64,000 bases of DNA from the NCBI RefSeq assembly GCF_009914755.1, contig NC_060936.1. The stretch is one strand, 5' to 3'. Position 1 is the first letter of the stretch. Every line of letters starts with the position of its first letter. This stretch comes from the human T2T-CHM13v2.0 reference genome, Homo sapiens. A model generated the notes under the pieces. It was given only the letters and a program-made list of their open reading frames with translations. It made no database searches and was not told the DNA's origin. Positions 42,850 to 55,843 of the stretch are shown here, in pieces. Made by a program: the position numbers and the translations under genes.

Positions 42850-45800
42850 ATGTACCTACACTGAGGCATTATTGTCACCGAAAGTTTGTGGTTTAACTTA
42901 GAGTTCACTCTTGGTGTTGTACACTCTCAGGGTTTTGACAAATATATAATAACCTGTACCCACTGAGATGATGCCATAGAGAGTAGTTTCACTGCTTTAA
43001 AAATCCTCTGTCCTCCACCCTCTCTCCCTCCTCACAAAACCTTGGCAATCACTGATCTTTTTATTATTACCATAGTATTGCCTTTTCCAGAATGTCATAC
43101 ATTTGGAATCATCCAATAAGTATACACACACATACAGCCTTTTCAGGTTGACATTCACTTAGTAATATGCATTTAAGTTTTCTCCCTGTTTTTCCATTTC
43201 TTCTTATTTTGTTTTTGACATTGAGTAGTATTCCATTATGTAGGTATGCAGAGTTTATTTGTCCACTCACCTACGGAAAGACATTTTGGTTACTCTGAAG
43301 TTTGAACAATCATGAATGAAGCTGCTATAAATCTCTGTGTGCAGATTGTGTGAACAAAATTTTTCAAATCGTTTTGATAAACAGCAAGAAGAATGAATGC
43401 TGCATCATATGGCCAGAGAATATTTAGATGTGTAACAAGCTGCCAAACCATCTCCCAAAGTAGCCCTGCCATTTGCAATTAGAAATGATTGAGAGTTCCT
43501 TTGCTCCACGTCCTTTCCAGCATTTAGTTTTGTCAGTGTTTTGGATTTCAGCTATTCTAAAAGATGCATAATAGCATCTCGTTGTTTTAATTTGTAGTTC
43601 CCTAGGACTGTCAATACAATGTTGAAAAGACGTGATGAGAATAAATAGAATTGCCTTTTTCCTGATCTTACTTGGAAAGCTTTTTCTTTCTTACCATTAA
43701 GTATGATGTTAGCTGCAAGTTTTTTTGTAGACATTCTTTATCAAATTGAGGAAGTTTCCCTATATTCCTAGTTTGCTGAGATTATTTATCATGAAACTTT
43801 TTCATAAAGTTTTTTCTGTATTTACTTATATGATTATGTGGTGTCTCTACTTTAGCCTGTTGATGTGATTGACTACATTAATTGACTTCAAATATCAAAG
43901 CAGACTTTCATACCTTAGATAAATCCCATTTGGTCATGATGTAAGATTTTTTATATGTTGTTTAATTTGATTTGCTAATATTTTATTAAGGCTTATTAGT
44001 CCTATGTTTATGAGAGATATTCATTTATAGTTTTCTTCTCTTATAATACTTTTATCTAATTTGGTGTTACAGTGATGCTGGCAACATAAAATGGGGTTAG
44101 AAAATATTTCCTCTGCATCTATCTTCTCAAAGAGATTGTAAAAAGTTAATACAATTTCTTCCTTAAATGTTGAGTAGATTCATTAGTAGACTCAACTGGC
44201 TCTTGTACTTTCCATTTTGGAAGACTACTAATTATTGATTCAATTTCTTTAATAGAAATAGCTTATTCAAATTGTTTTTTCTCCTGCGAGTTTTGGCAGA
44301 TTGTGTCTTTTAAGAAATTTTTCTATTTCATTTAGGTTATCAAGTGTGTGGTCATAGATTAGTTCATAGTATTCTTTTACTGTCTTTTTAATGCCTATGA
44401 GATTTGTAATGATGTCCTCTCTTTTATTTTTGATCTATTTGTATCTATTCTAGCAATTTGTATCTATTCTATTTTTCCTTAGCCTGATTTATCTATTTTA
44501 TTTTTTCAGAAACCTATATTTTAGTTTTTTAAACTATTGATTTATTTTTAATTTTATTGATTTTTGCTCTAATATTTATGATTTTTCCTTCTCCTTACTT
44601 TAAATTTAATTTAAAGTTATTTTTTGTTTTCTAAGGTAGAGGCTTAGATTAGTGATTTTAACTCTTTTCTCCTTTCTAATATATGCATTCAATGCTATAG
44701 ATTTCCCTCTAAGCATTGCTTTTGTTCCATTGTGCACATTTTGATAATTTTTGCTTTATTATTTAGTTCAAAATACCTTTAATTTCTTCTTGGATTTTTG
44801 TCTTTATCTCATGTATTATTTAAAAATGTATTGTTTAATTTCCACATACTTTGGGATTTTTCATGTATCTTTCTATTATTAATTTCTAGTTCATTCCACT
44901 GTGGTCTGAGAGAGGACATTGTATCATTTCTATTCTTTTAAATTTAGTAAGGTATGCTTTATAAAACATAATGTAGTCTGTCTTCGTGAATGTTCTATAT
45001 GAGCTTGAGAAAAATGCATATTCTACTGTTCTTGAATAAAGTAGTTTTATCAACTACTGCAAGTACTATATGTACTATAATTTCAGTTATATGCAGTTTA
45101 TTGATATTGCTTCTGAGGTCAGCTCTGTCCTTATTGATTTTTTGTCTGCTAGGTCTGTCATTTTGTGATAGAGGGATATTGAACTCTTCAAGTATAATAA
45201 TGATTTTTTCTTCTTGCAGTTCTAATAGATTTTGCCTCACATATTTTAAAGTTTTATTGTTAGGTGCATAAACATTAAGGATTGTTATGTCTTTTGGAGA
45301 ATTAACTCCTTTATCATTATGTAATGCCACTCTTTATCAATGATAAATTTCCTTGCTTTGAAGGCTATTCTGTCTGAAATTAGTACAGTTACTCTGCTTC
45401 CTTTTGATTACTATTAGTGTGGTATCTGTTTCTTCATACATTTACTTTTAATCTGTGTCATTTTATACTTAAAATGCATTTCTTATTTTAAAAACGAAGA
45501 GTTTACTCTTGCTTTCTGATTTACTCTCAGTGTCTTTTTTTTAATTGGTATACTTAAACTTTTATGGTAATTATTTATATAATTGGATTAATATCTATAA
45601 TACTTGTTACTGTTTTCTTTTATTGCCTTTTTTCTTTGTTCCTTTTTTGTCTTCCACTCTTTTTCTACGCTTTGTAGTTTTAATTGAATATTTCATATGG
45701 TTTATTTTCTCACATTTCTGGACTTTTTAAAACTTTTTTTGACAGTCGTACTTTCTTTCACCTTTTTATGGTTGCCTTACAATTTGCAATACATATTTGG

Positions 45801-47860
45801 AATAATCCAAATCCACTTTTCAATAACACTACACCGCTTTGCAGGTTGGGGAAGTACTGCATAATGATAAAATAATAATAATATATTAATCCTATCCTTT
45901 GTATAATTGCTGTAATTTTTCCACATATATATAATATGTACATACTTATATAATATATAATCAAATATATTATTGCTATTCTTAATTTTGAACAAATCGT
46001 GCTAGATCAATAAAGAAGAAGAAAAATAAAAGCTTTTGTTTTATTTTAACTTATGTTTCTACATCATTTTTTAATGTTTATCAGAGTTTATAAACTATTT
46101 TATTTTCCTTCTTTAAGAAGAACTTCTTTTAACATTTCTTGCAATGAAAGTCTGTGGCTAGAAATTTTCTCAATTTTTGTTGAAATAAGAAAGTCTATTT
46201 CCTCTTCACTTTTTAAGAATAATTTCACATGGTATGGAATTCCAGATTAGAGGTCATTGTTTATGTTTTCTCACAACCCTTAAATATTACACTTCGATCC
46301 CTTGCTGGAATAGTTTCTGATGAGAAGCAATTGTAATGCTTATCTTTACACCTCTATTTGTTGTTTTTTTCTTTTTCTTATGGCTTCTTTCAAGATGTTT
46401 TCCTTATTTTTCATTTGCTGCACTGTGAATATAATATACCTACAAATAAAATTTTATTTTTGGTGTTTAATCTGCTTGGTGTTTTTCTGAGTTTCCTGGA
46501 TCTATTGCTTCATGTCTAACATTAATTTGGGGGAAATTCTTATTCATTATTGCTTCAAATATTGCTTATGATTCTTTCCTCTTCTTCTGATATCCTCTGT
46601 ATACATAGTCACACTTTTGTAGTTGTTCTACAGTTCTTGGATATTCTGTTCTATTTTTTCAGTCTTTTTGTCTTCTTTTTGTTTGCAGTTTTAGAAATTT
46701 CTACAGATGTATCCTCAAATTCAGAGATTCTTTCTTCACCTGTGTCCAGTTTATTAATGAGCCCATCAAAGACTTTCTTCATTTCTGATACAATGGTTTT
46801 GATCCCACCATTTCCTTTTGATTCCTTCATAAAATTTTTCTCTCTGCTTACATAACCCATCTATTTTTTCATGCTATCTTTTCAATTAGACTCTTAGCAT
46901 ACTAGTTATAGTTGCTAAAATTCATGATCTGAGAATTTCAAAATCCTTATCATGCTTGAGTCTGGTTCTAATGCTAACTCTGTCTCTTCAAACCGGGTAT
47001 TTTTTTTTCTTTTAGTATGCCTTGTAATTTTTAGTTAAAAATTGGTTATGACAAACTGGGTAAAAGGAACTCTGTAATAGATCTATAGTTATATGGTGGT
47101 AAGGTATGGGGTAAGGGGAAGCATTTTCTGGCCTTATGATTAAGTCTCTGTTTTAACGAGTTTGTGTCTCTGAGATGTGAATGTTACAACTGCCTCTCAG
47201 TCCTCCCCCAATACCTTTGGAGAAACAGGATGGGTGAAAAAAGATGAAATTGAGTATTTCTCCCCCACATCGAAGGTTAGAGGAATCTAAAGTTCGACAT
47301 TAACTTTCTCTCTGGTTGGTTAGGTACTGATGAAATTCCAAGAGGTTAGGCTAAGGTAAAATGGTTTTTCTTGAGGACTGGTCTTGTTAAGAAGAACAGA
47401 TGCTATGGAGTATTTCAAAATGGTTATTTTTTCCTCCACCTACTGAAATCCTAAGGGAATTTTTCTTATGTATTTACTGTGAACACTGAAGATATCCAAG
47501 AGGTAAATCTCAGAGGTGTCTGCCACTCCCCAGAGTTTTTAACTCTCAGACTCAACTATACTGAGCTTTAAGCCATTTGTCAATTACAGTTCAGGTTTTC
47601 CTCCTGTTACTAATTCATAGGGAAGTGTTTGCTTGTGGGTTTCTGTTTCAGTATGTAGTGATTCTCTGTACCCATCTTTCTGTCTCTTTAATTCTGAGGG
47701 CAGTTGTTTGCCATGTGACTTTATTTCTCTAATGGATGTAAGAAGAATTGCTAATTTTTCAGTTTATTCAGCTTATTTCTTGTTCTTAGGGTGGAGTGGT
47801 GACTTCCAAGTTTCTTACATGTCAGCCCCAAAACCAGAAATCTTAAGCCAGTTTTAATAC
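42850..47860 (-). mobile_element. Long ancient L1MC-like element (3' end, deleted ORF2, ORF1, 5' region)
   Basis: gttcactcttggtgttgtacac..gagtagtttcactgc (L1MC 3' end); EN remnant DITILNVYAPN (44995-45330); ORF1 remnant LDTGEERISEFED (46651-46860). Confidence 0.8.
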
Positions 47861-48342
47861 ATTTAATTTTATGAGAGATTTATCCATTTCCTTTAAGTTT
47901 TCAAATTGGTTGTCATAAAGTTGACTATATACTTCAATAATAAATCTTAATATTGCTTGTATTCTGATTACATTCATTTTCTTTATTTATTTTCTGTTTT
48001 TCTTTCTTCTGGTAAGTGTTATCAAAAGTTTGTTCATTTTATTAAAATGAGAAGCATAATATTAGGAGATAGGGTCATAGTTATGTGTTTGAGTGTGTGA
48101 AGGGAGGAATATTGAGTAATTTTGAGGCCATTAAAATGACTTTGGTTTTCATTTTGTATGAGACAGGAAGACAGTGGAGTGTTCAGAGGAGGTATTATCA
48201 GTTTAAATCAAGCTGCTGTGTTGTGTATTGGGGAGGTGGCAATAGTGAAAACAAGAATATTGTGAGGAGGATAAAACTGTAATCCCCATGAGACATATTG
48301 TCCACTGAAATCATGGTGATTGCATCAGAAGTAATAAGATGT

Positions 48343-48861
48343 TGTGTCCAGAACGTATTCCTTCCAGTGGGTTCTTGGTCTTGCTGCCTTCAAGAATGAA
48401 GCTGAGGACCTTCGCAATGAGTGTTACAGCTCTTAAAGATGGTGTGTCCAGAGTTTGTTCCCTCAGATGTTCAGATATGTCAGGAGTTTCTTCCTTCCAG
48501 TGGGTTCCTGGTCTCACTGACTTCAAGAATGAAGCTGCAGACCTTTGTGGTGAGTGTTACAGCTCTTAAAGGTGGTACGGACACAAAGAGTGAATAGCAG
48601 CAAGATTTATTGTGAGAAGCAAAAGAACAAAGCTTCCACAGCATGGAAGGGGACCCAAGCAGGTTGCCGCTGCTGGCTCGAATGGCCAGCTTTTATTCCC
48701 TCCTTGGGCCCTGCCCACATCCTGCTGATTGGTCCATATTACGGAGCGCTGATTGGTGCATTTTTACAGAGTGCTGATTGGTGCTTTTACAATCCTTTAG
48801 CTAAATACAAAGTTCTCCAAGTCCCCACCTGACCCAGAAGCTCAGCTGGCTTCACCTCTCA
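48343..48861 (-). mobile_element. 3' LTR12 (519 bp)
   Basis: tgtgtccag...cttcacctctca; three ctgattgg (CCAAT) units. Confidence 0.9.
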
Positions 48862-48899
48862 ATTCCCCCTCCAAACAGGACACCCCAACTGTGGTTGAG

Positions 48900-49490
48900 A
48901 ATTGGGCGATGACTGCTCTAGCTACTTCCTGCTGGATGAGGTGAAGGAGGGGCCCTGCGGTTGTAGAGTCCTCCAGAGGGGAACTCTTTAGGCCAGTGAA
49001 AGGGCCAGCAGGCCACTCCAGGGGTCCTTGGTAGAAGTTGTTAGATGAGCTCATTGGGGTTCCATTTGTAAGACCATCTGTAACTTGATGGCCTCAATCC
49101 TAGAGGAAACAAATTTGACAAGGAGGTTAAAAATACAGGTCCTGAAGGCAAGTAATAGTAAGATGGCCGTCACAGGACCTAGAAAGGGGAGAAGTCATGT
49201 TGCCCAACTCCAGAAGTTGGTATGAGTTTGAAAGGCATTGTCTGATTTCAGAAGCCTTTTCCTGTAAATGCCAGGCAGCATCTCGTACTATCCCTGACTG
49301 GTTAGTGTAAAAACAACACTCTTCCCCTAAGAAGGTGCAGAGTCCTCATTTCTCAGCAGTGAGGAGGTCTAGGCCTTGGCGGTTTTGGAGAGTCACTGCT
49401 GCCAAAGAGGCTATTTGGGATTGTAGAGTAAGGACAGATTTCATTATTTCTTGCAAACTGTCTGAGAAATCCTTTGAGAGTTTGTGGTGG
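48900..49490 (-). pseudogene. env: ERV9 env TM remnant with an in-frame stop in the ISD
   Basis: Minus strand reads [27 protein letters not shown] around 49390-49305. Confidence 0.85.
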
Positions 49491-50087
49491 TAGGATAATA
49501 CACGTTACACTGTTAACTTTTAGAAAACTTTACTTTTGTTGAAAACCTTGTAAGTTTGGGATTTTAATTTTTCTTTGCTATTAATAAAACTTGCTCAGTC
49601 CTTATTAACTTAGAATTGGTATAGATGGCTCCTTCCTGATTCTGTAAGTACTTTAATGTTTGGCTGAGTGCAAACAGCTCACATGTTTGAGCAGGCCAAT
49701 TATTAGGCAATTTTCCTAACTGCTTCTACAAGAGTTTCCTTATCACTTACTGAATACTCATTGTGTATTTTTCCCTTAATTGCCTAGGAGCAACCATCTA
49801 TCATCTTGTCCTGAAGGGAGTTCCTCCTATGTCTGATCAGACTTTGTATGGTAATTAATTAAGATTTAGATCCCCTGTTAGGAAACCTGCTGGGTTAAGT
49901 GTTTTTGATAGGAAGGCTATGGGTTGTCAGTGGCCTCAGTGCTTTTGGGCTATGCCCTTGTTTACCCTGACAACAAGGTGGTATTGGAGTGTTATAGGGT
50001 TATGGAGAAGACCTTCAGTTATCAATTATAGGTTTTAAATTCACCCTGGCTTTTAAAGGAATAGGACACACTGTTTTTTTCTTTACT

Positions 50088-50335
50088 ACCTCTATCTCAC
50101 TCTTTCTCTCTCTTTGACTCCTTCTTTGTCTGTCTCTTCCTCTCTCTCTCTCTTTCCTTTTGTCTTTCTTTCTCTCTGACTGCCTCTTTGTCTGTCTCTT
50201 CCTCTCTTTCCTTCTCTCTTTGACTTTCTGCCTCTCTGTCTCTTCCTTTCTCCATCTTTCTGACTCCTTCTTTGTCTGTGTCTCTTCCTCTCTCTCTCTC
50301 TTTGACTTTCTGTCTCTTTCTCTCTTTCCTTTCTG
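50088..50335. repeat. CT-rich (GA-rich on the proviral strand) low-complexity repeat inside ERV9
   Basis: Reiterated tctttgact(c)cttctttgtctgtctcttcctctctc units. Confidence 0.9.
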
Positions 50336-50779
50336 CTGGTCTTTCCCTGACTCTGCCAGCTGCTTATGCTGCTGTTTTCCCCTCTCCTTCCCCTTTTTCA
50401 TGGCTTTGGCAGTGTAAGACTGCCACCTCCTTGGGTTTTTGCACTGTGTGCAATAACTCCATGGTTTTCTTGTGATATTTAATGGGGGTTCACCCAGAGG
50501 TTAGGAAGTCCTTTTTTTCCCCATATTGCAGCATGGACATGTAGGATTAGATAAGCATACTCACTATCTGTAGCAAAGTCTCCAAGTTACAACTTAGGAG
50601 GTGGGAGAAATACCTGGTTACAGACTGTCCCAGGATTCTTCAGATGGTAATGGACCTTGAGGACAGCTGTCTGGGACAGGAGATTAACACTGAGAAAGCC
50701 ATGCGAGTGTCCAGGAGGAAGTAAATTTCCTCTCCCTCAATGATTATACATACCCGGGGCTCAGTGAGGGTGATGACAT

Positions 50780-52239
50780 GAGCTGGCACTTGCCCCAGGC
50801 ACCCTCAGTCCTGTTGTTGGGTCATCTGGTTGGGGGCTTCTGGCCCAGAGATCCTTTGTTCTCTAGGGCAGTGTGCCTTCCAGTGATTGCCTTGGCATAG
50901 TGGACATGGGCAAGGGGACAGCTTGTTTCTCTTTGGACAATCTTTTTTAAAGTGTCCTTGCAAACCACACTGATAACAAGCCCTACTGGGTGATTGGCCT
51001 GCTCCATTTTCTGTCCTCTCTGAACCACCAAGATTTGTTTATCTGAGGGCCATGACTAAGGCCTTTCTCTGATCTTGCTTTTCCTTTTGTGCCTGTTCCT
51101 CTTGGTCCCTATTATAGAACACCAAGGTTGCCAGGTTTAATAGTGCCTCCAGATTTTGTTAAGGGCCCAGGGCTCACTTGTGAAGCTTTCTCCTGATATC
51201 AGTGGCTGATTGGGTAGTAAACTTATCTTTTAGAATCAATTGACCCTCAAGTGATTCGGGTGACAGGGGAGTATATTTTCTTAAGGCCTCCTATAGCAGC
51301 TGGAGAAAGGCAGAAGGATTTTCTTCCTTTCCCTCAGTTATGGTGGACATCATTGAATAATTCATGGGCTTTTTCCTAATTCTGCACAAGTCAACAGATG
51401 TTTGTGACTCCAGTCCCCATGATCTGAGTTGAGGTCCCAATGGGGATCCATACTGGGGACAGCTTGCTGACTGGTAGGGAATTTGTCCCTTTCTTCAGCT
51501 GTCATTCTATCATTTTCTTGACTAAGATACCAGGTATCTCCAAACTCTTGGGCTGCAGCTAAAGATGCATTCTTTTTATTAAAGGCCAGGGTTTGATCTA
51601 ATAGCATGACATCTCTCCAAGTGAGGTCAAAGGTTTGCCCTAGACCCTGTAGAACATCTATGTACCTATCAGGATCATCTGAAAACTTCCCCAGGTCTGC
51701 CTTGGTCTGCTTTAAATCAGAGAGGGAGAACAGAACATGTACCTGGGTTGGGCCAAATTCCCTTCCCCCTATAGCTTGAATGGGACATAACCGATAGCCC
51801 AGGGGTTTTGGAGGTCCTTTGGAGATTTCTTTGCTTGTTTCCCTCTGGGCAGGGGAGATTAGAGGAGGTTTATCATTAATAGGAAGAGGAGCTATAGGGG
51901 GGCTAGGATCTGGAGGTAAGTTGAGACGTCCTCCTGTGGGATGTAAATTACAAGCTTTGCATAGTTGTGGATTCTCCTTCAATGAAAAGAAAGCTTGGAC
52001 ATAAGGTATTTCACTCCATTTGCCTTCCTTCTTACAGAAAAGGTCAAGCTGCAAGATAGTATTGTAATTTATATACTTCCCTCAGGTGGCCATTTTTCCC
52101 CATCAGAGAAATATCGGGGCCAAGCCATAGTACAGAAAAAAATGAGCCACCTCTTTTTCAGGGTTTTCAGGTCAAATTGGTCCCAATGGCTTAGGATGCA
52201 TTTCAAGGGTGATCCTGTTGGTGACCGAGTGTTTCCCAT
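50780..52239 (-). pseudogene. gag: ERV9 gag remnant
   Basis: [61 protein letters not shown]; frameshifted zinc-knuckle region near 50860-50990. Confidence 0.9.
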
Positions 52240-52309
52240 CTTAAAGACAAAACCACCCATGGTTTTGGTTTGTTTGTTCCCCGCCGCCCCCCCCCCCCAG
52301 GAACACGCA

Positions 52310-52610
52310 TCAGTCCCTGGACCCTGCTGATAGGAATAGTTGCACTCACCAATGCAGCAGCAGAAACTCCTCTTGCCCAGGAACCTGCAACGGTCCTTGG
52401 ACCCTGCTGACTGGAATAGTTGCACTCACTGACGCAGCAGCAGAAACACTAGTTTTCCTCCTAGACCACAAGGACTGAGGAATGTTGGATTTAGTGGCCC
52501 TTACCGATGCATTCTCGAAAACTTGCACCCTTGCCTGTTCCCCTAGACCACAAAGAGGACCCAGAAAAATCGGATTTCGTGGCACTTACTGATGCATTCT
52601 CGAAAACCTG
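52310..52610 (-). repeat. Leader-region tandem duplications (two ~79-bp and two ~82-bp units)
   Basis: ggaccctgctga..ggaatagttgcactcac..gcagcagcagaaac x2; cctagaccacaa..gatgcattctcgaaaac x2. Confidence 0.8.
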
Positions 52611-53473
52611 TTAGAGTTGTAAACATTCTCCTGTTAGTATTGAGACTTTACCCCTGTCCTATAAAGATGTTATGCCCAAAAAATGAAGCGGAGGTGCCAT
52701 ACCCTGAGGAAGGGAAGGGATCTCCAGGGTTGGAAGAATGGAGCCTTTTGTCCTCACTTGAATAGGAAGGATATCATTCTGAAGCTCCCCATATCCTAGC
52801 TTCAGGAATAGCCTTGTTGGGCCTGCTAGTGTGAGGAGGGATCCTAAAATTCCAGTTAAGATATAGCCCCACCAACAGGGCTTTGGGCAAAAATCATGTC
52901 TTTCTGATTAGTGAGCCCAGGTGACTAAAGAAGGGAATGGAGTCCTTAAGTTTATAGTAGAAATCACTATTATAAGAGAAACTAGAAAAGCACCAGAGAC
53001 AGGGAGTGGCTTTTAGAAGTGGTACTAGCCTTGGAGAAGAGAGGCAAGAGGAAGTTTGTCTGACAGGCATTAGGACCCAGGAGGCAAGGGTCAGGATAGA
53101 TAGGATAGAAGGGCAAATCTCGCTTGGGTTACATGACTTTGAGAGTTCCACTCATGGCCACAGGGTCAACCAACTTGTTGTCGGGACTCCAGAGCTGAGT
53201 GGCTTTCCTCTCTGTGGACCCTCAGCTCAGCCCAGAAGTACAGGAAAAGCGGAAGCTGGTTTCAGGCAAACCAACACTCCCAAGTCCAAAGAGTCAGGGG
53301 TCGTTAGGGAGCCCTTTCCCAGAAAGCCTGACACCTGTGTCTTTAATCCAGCGACCATGCTAGTCACTTTTAACTGGCTGACAGGTGGCTGCTATTTAGT
53401 CCCCTAATTCTTAGGAAAAATAGGACAGAATAGCAAGTGAAAGGGGTCCAATGGTACTCAATGATTGGTGATA

Positions 53474-53491
53474 GTCCCATCTGGGTCGCCA
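53474..53491 (-). other. Primer binding site, tRNA-Arg
   Basis: Minus-strand TGGCGACCCAGATGGGAC matches the recalled tRNA-Arg(CCG) 3' end; 3 nt from the LTR. Confidence 0.85.
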
Positions 53492-53494
53492 AAA

Positions 53495-53985
53495 TGTGCC
53501 CAGAATTTATTCCTTCCAGTGGGTTCTTGGTCTCGCTGACTTCAAGAATGAAGCCGTGGACCATTACGGTGAGTGTTACAGCTCTTAAAGATGGTGTGTC
53601 CGGATTTTGTTCCTTCAGATGTTCAGATGTGTCTGGAGTTTCTTCCTTCCAGTGGGTTCCTGGTCTTGCTGACTTCAAGAATGAAGCCACAGACCTTTGT
53701 GGTGTTGCAGCTCTTAAAGGTGGTGTGGACCCAAAGAGTGAGTAGCAGCAAGATTTATTGTGAAGAGTGAAAGAACAAAGCTTCCACAGCATGGAAGGGG
53801 ACCTGAGCAGGTTGCCGCTGCTGGCTCGGGTTGCCAGCTTTTATTCCCTCCTTTGGCCCCACCCACATCCTGCCGATTGACCCATTTTAAAGAGTGCTGA
53901 TTGGTGTGTTTACAATCCTTTAGCTAGATACAAAAGTTCTCCAAGTCCCCACCTGACCCAGAAGCTTAGCTGGCTTCACCTCTCA
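53495..53985 (-). mobile_element. 5' LTR12 (491 bp)
   Basis: Direct repeat of 48343-48861, adjacent to the PBS. Confidence 0.9.
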
Positions 53986-55829
53986 ATGTGACTGAATTAT
54001 AAATATAACTTGAAGACGAAATCTAGCATTACAGGCAGAGTAAATGTGTGGTGTGGAAAAAACGTAGTTAAGGAATAAATCAAGTGTTTTGGGCTGAGCA
54101 TATGAACTGTATCAGTTAGCCAAGACAGAGGCACTGATGGAAGAGCAGATCAGGTGGCTGTGATGGTGTTCATAAAGAAATTTAGTTGCAGAAACTGCTG
54201 TGTCTTAAATATATACCTAAAAACCAGATTTATATTCTAGCTAATACATATGGGAAAATGCATTCATTTCTTATTTTGTGATTCTTTTTCTTTTTGAGGG
54301 AGTGATTTCTGTCCTTCTGTTCACTTGATAGTGCAATATTTTTCTTTTCTATGTTTAATTTTCTTCAAATTGTCTTTGCAGTTTCATTTTTACCCTCTGT
54401 TTCCTTTTGCTCCCTTTCAGCATATTTTCATTAACATTTATATTTTATCTGAATTGAAATGGATTTACTCCATCATTGAGGAACACAAATGCATGGCATT
54501 TCCTATTTTATACCATTAAGTAAATCTCCTGAGTATACTACTACTTATTTTTAAACCATGTTTACCCAATTATCATCTCTCTCTTCTATCACATTTCTTA
54601 GCAAAACAAATATTATTATCTATTATTCATCCACACATCCCAATACTCTTTTAAAATTTTGCATGTTATGCTTGGGTACAGAAGAGTACTATTAAACTGG
54701 GAGTACGTTAATTAATTTTACTCCATGAAGGCATTGCTTTAAACATATGATTAATATCAGCCTTCTACTCTTTTCCTTAATCAATATGTAAAAATTTCCT
54801 GACCATATGAAACAAGAAAAAATTAAGTAGCATTCATAAATTACATAGTTTGGTATAACTAAGTAAAACATTTTTGTATATACCTTGTGGCATTTCTAAA
54901 ACCACTTCCCCAATACACTAGCTGATTTCAATTCAGCTCTTTACATGAAATTCTTGCCAGCAAATGTAGCTGGCACTTGATTTGTCCTTCTCTTTTCAAT
55001 TCCCGCCTCCCTCAGAGATGCAGAAATGAAATTTCAAGTCACAGAAGTGTACTTCCACAGCTTCCATTATTTTTTGAAAGGCCATATTTCACAAATATAG
55101 ATTCCTACTTTTCTATCCACTTTATATTTAGTCTGTCTTCCAAAGGTTCTCTCCTCTCTTTTTCTAGTAATTTCCAACAAGCTTCACATTCATTACCCAC
55201 ATTGAGAGAGCATTACACAACTAATTTTTCTATGAAAATCCTAAACCAAAATTCAATTATATAAGGAACAAGAAATTATTTCAATTGGATGTCTGATTAA
55301 AATGACTCCTCAGGTGACTCAAAAGTTTAATATTATGGTTTTTAGCAGACAGAGTCTGAATGTCTAACAATTTTAAGTAGAAATGAGAAAAAAAATTCCT
55401 GGATCAGATTAGCCTCAAGTTAAACATGCCAAATTTCATTAATAAATGTTCTCAACATTTTGCTATCTAAGCTATTTTCATTGTTTTTTTTTTCCTTTTT
55501 CAGATAATATTCATTAAAAACAGGTGGGATTTTGAAATATAAAGCCTATGAGAATTTAAATGTATCTCGGGAGAATAAGGATATAACATTATAAGAATGT
55601 TCCCTAAACTGCGTTCTTCAGTATTGTATACATATTCCAGCAAATTTATAGATTTTCAATAAAAGTTTTGATAAGTCCTAATTTTAACAAAAGCCTTCAA
55701 TTATTGCTATCTAACATAAAGGTAGAAAATGTAGTTGAGATTATTTGAAAGAAATTATGAACAGGTGCTTTATAACACAATTTTATTAAGTGTTTAATCA
55801 ATGCATTATTAAAACATTATAGTTTATAA

Positions 55830-55843
55830 TGCCACCTAGTGGA
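55830..55843 (-). promoter_or_regulatory. Candidate CTCF binding site
   Basis: Minus-strand CCACTAGGTGGCA is an exact fit to the CCASYAGRKGGC core. Confidence 0.55.

Larger units (their letters stand above)
48343..53985 (-). mobile_element. ERV9/HERV9 non-autonomous provirus with two LTR12(F-like) LTRs
   Basis: 4-bp TSD ATGT (48339-48342 and 53986-53989); direct-repeat LTRs; PBS; PPT at ~48862-48874; gag and env TM remnants; most of pol absent. Confidence 0.92.
48040..54210 (-). mobile_element. L2 fragment split by the ERV9 provirus (pieces ~48040-48342 and 53986-54210)
   Basis: Degenerate antisense L2 motifs on both sides of the provirus. Confidence 0.45.

Noticed and set aside
50015-50475. 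Lys/Glu/Arg-rich and Ser/Leu/Phe-rich ORFs
   Set aside because: Translations of the GA/CT low-complexity repeat.
55303-55321. AP-1 motif TGACTCA with an upstream near-copy
   Set aside because: A 7-mer is expected several times by chance in 64 kb; no supporting context.
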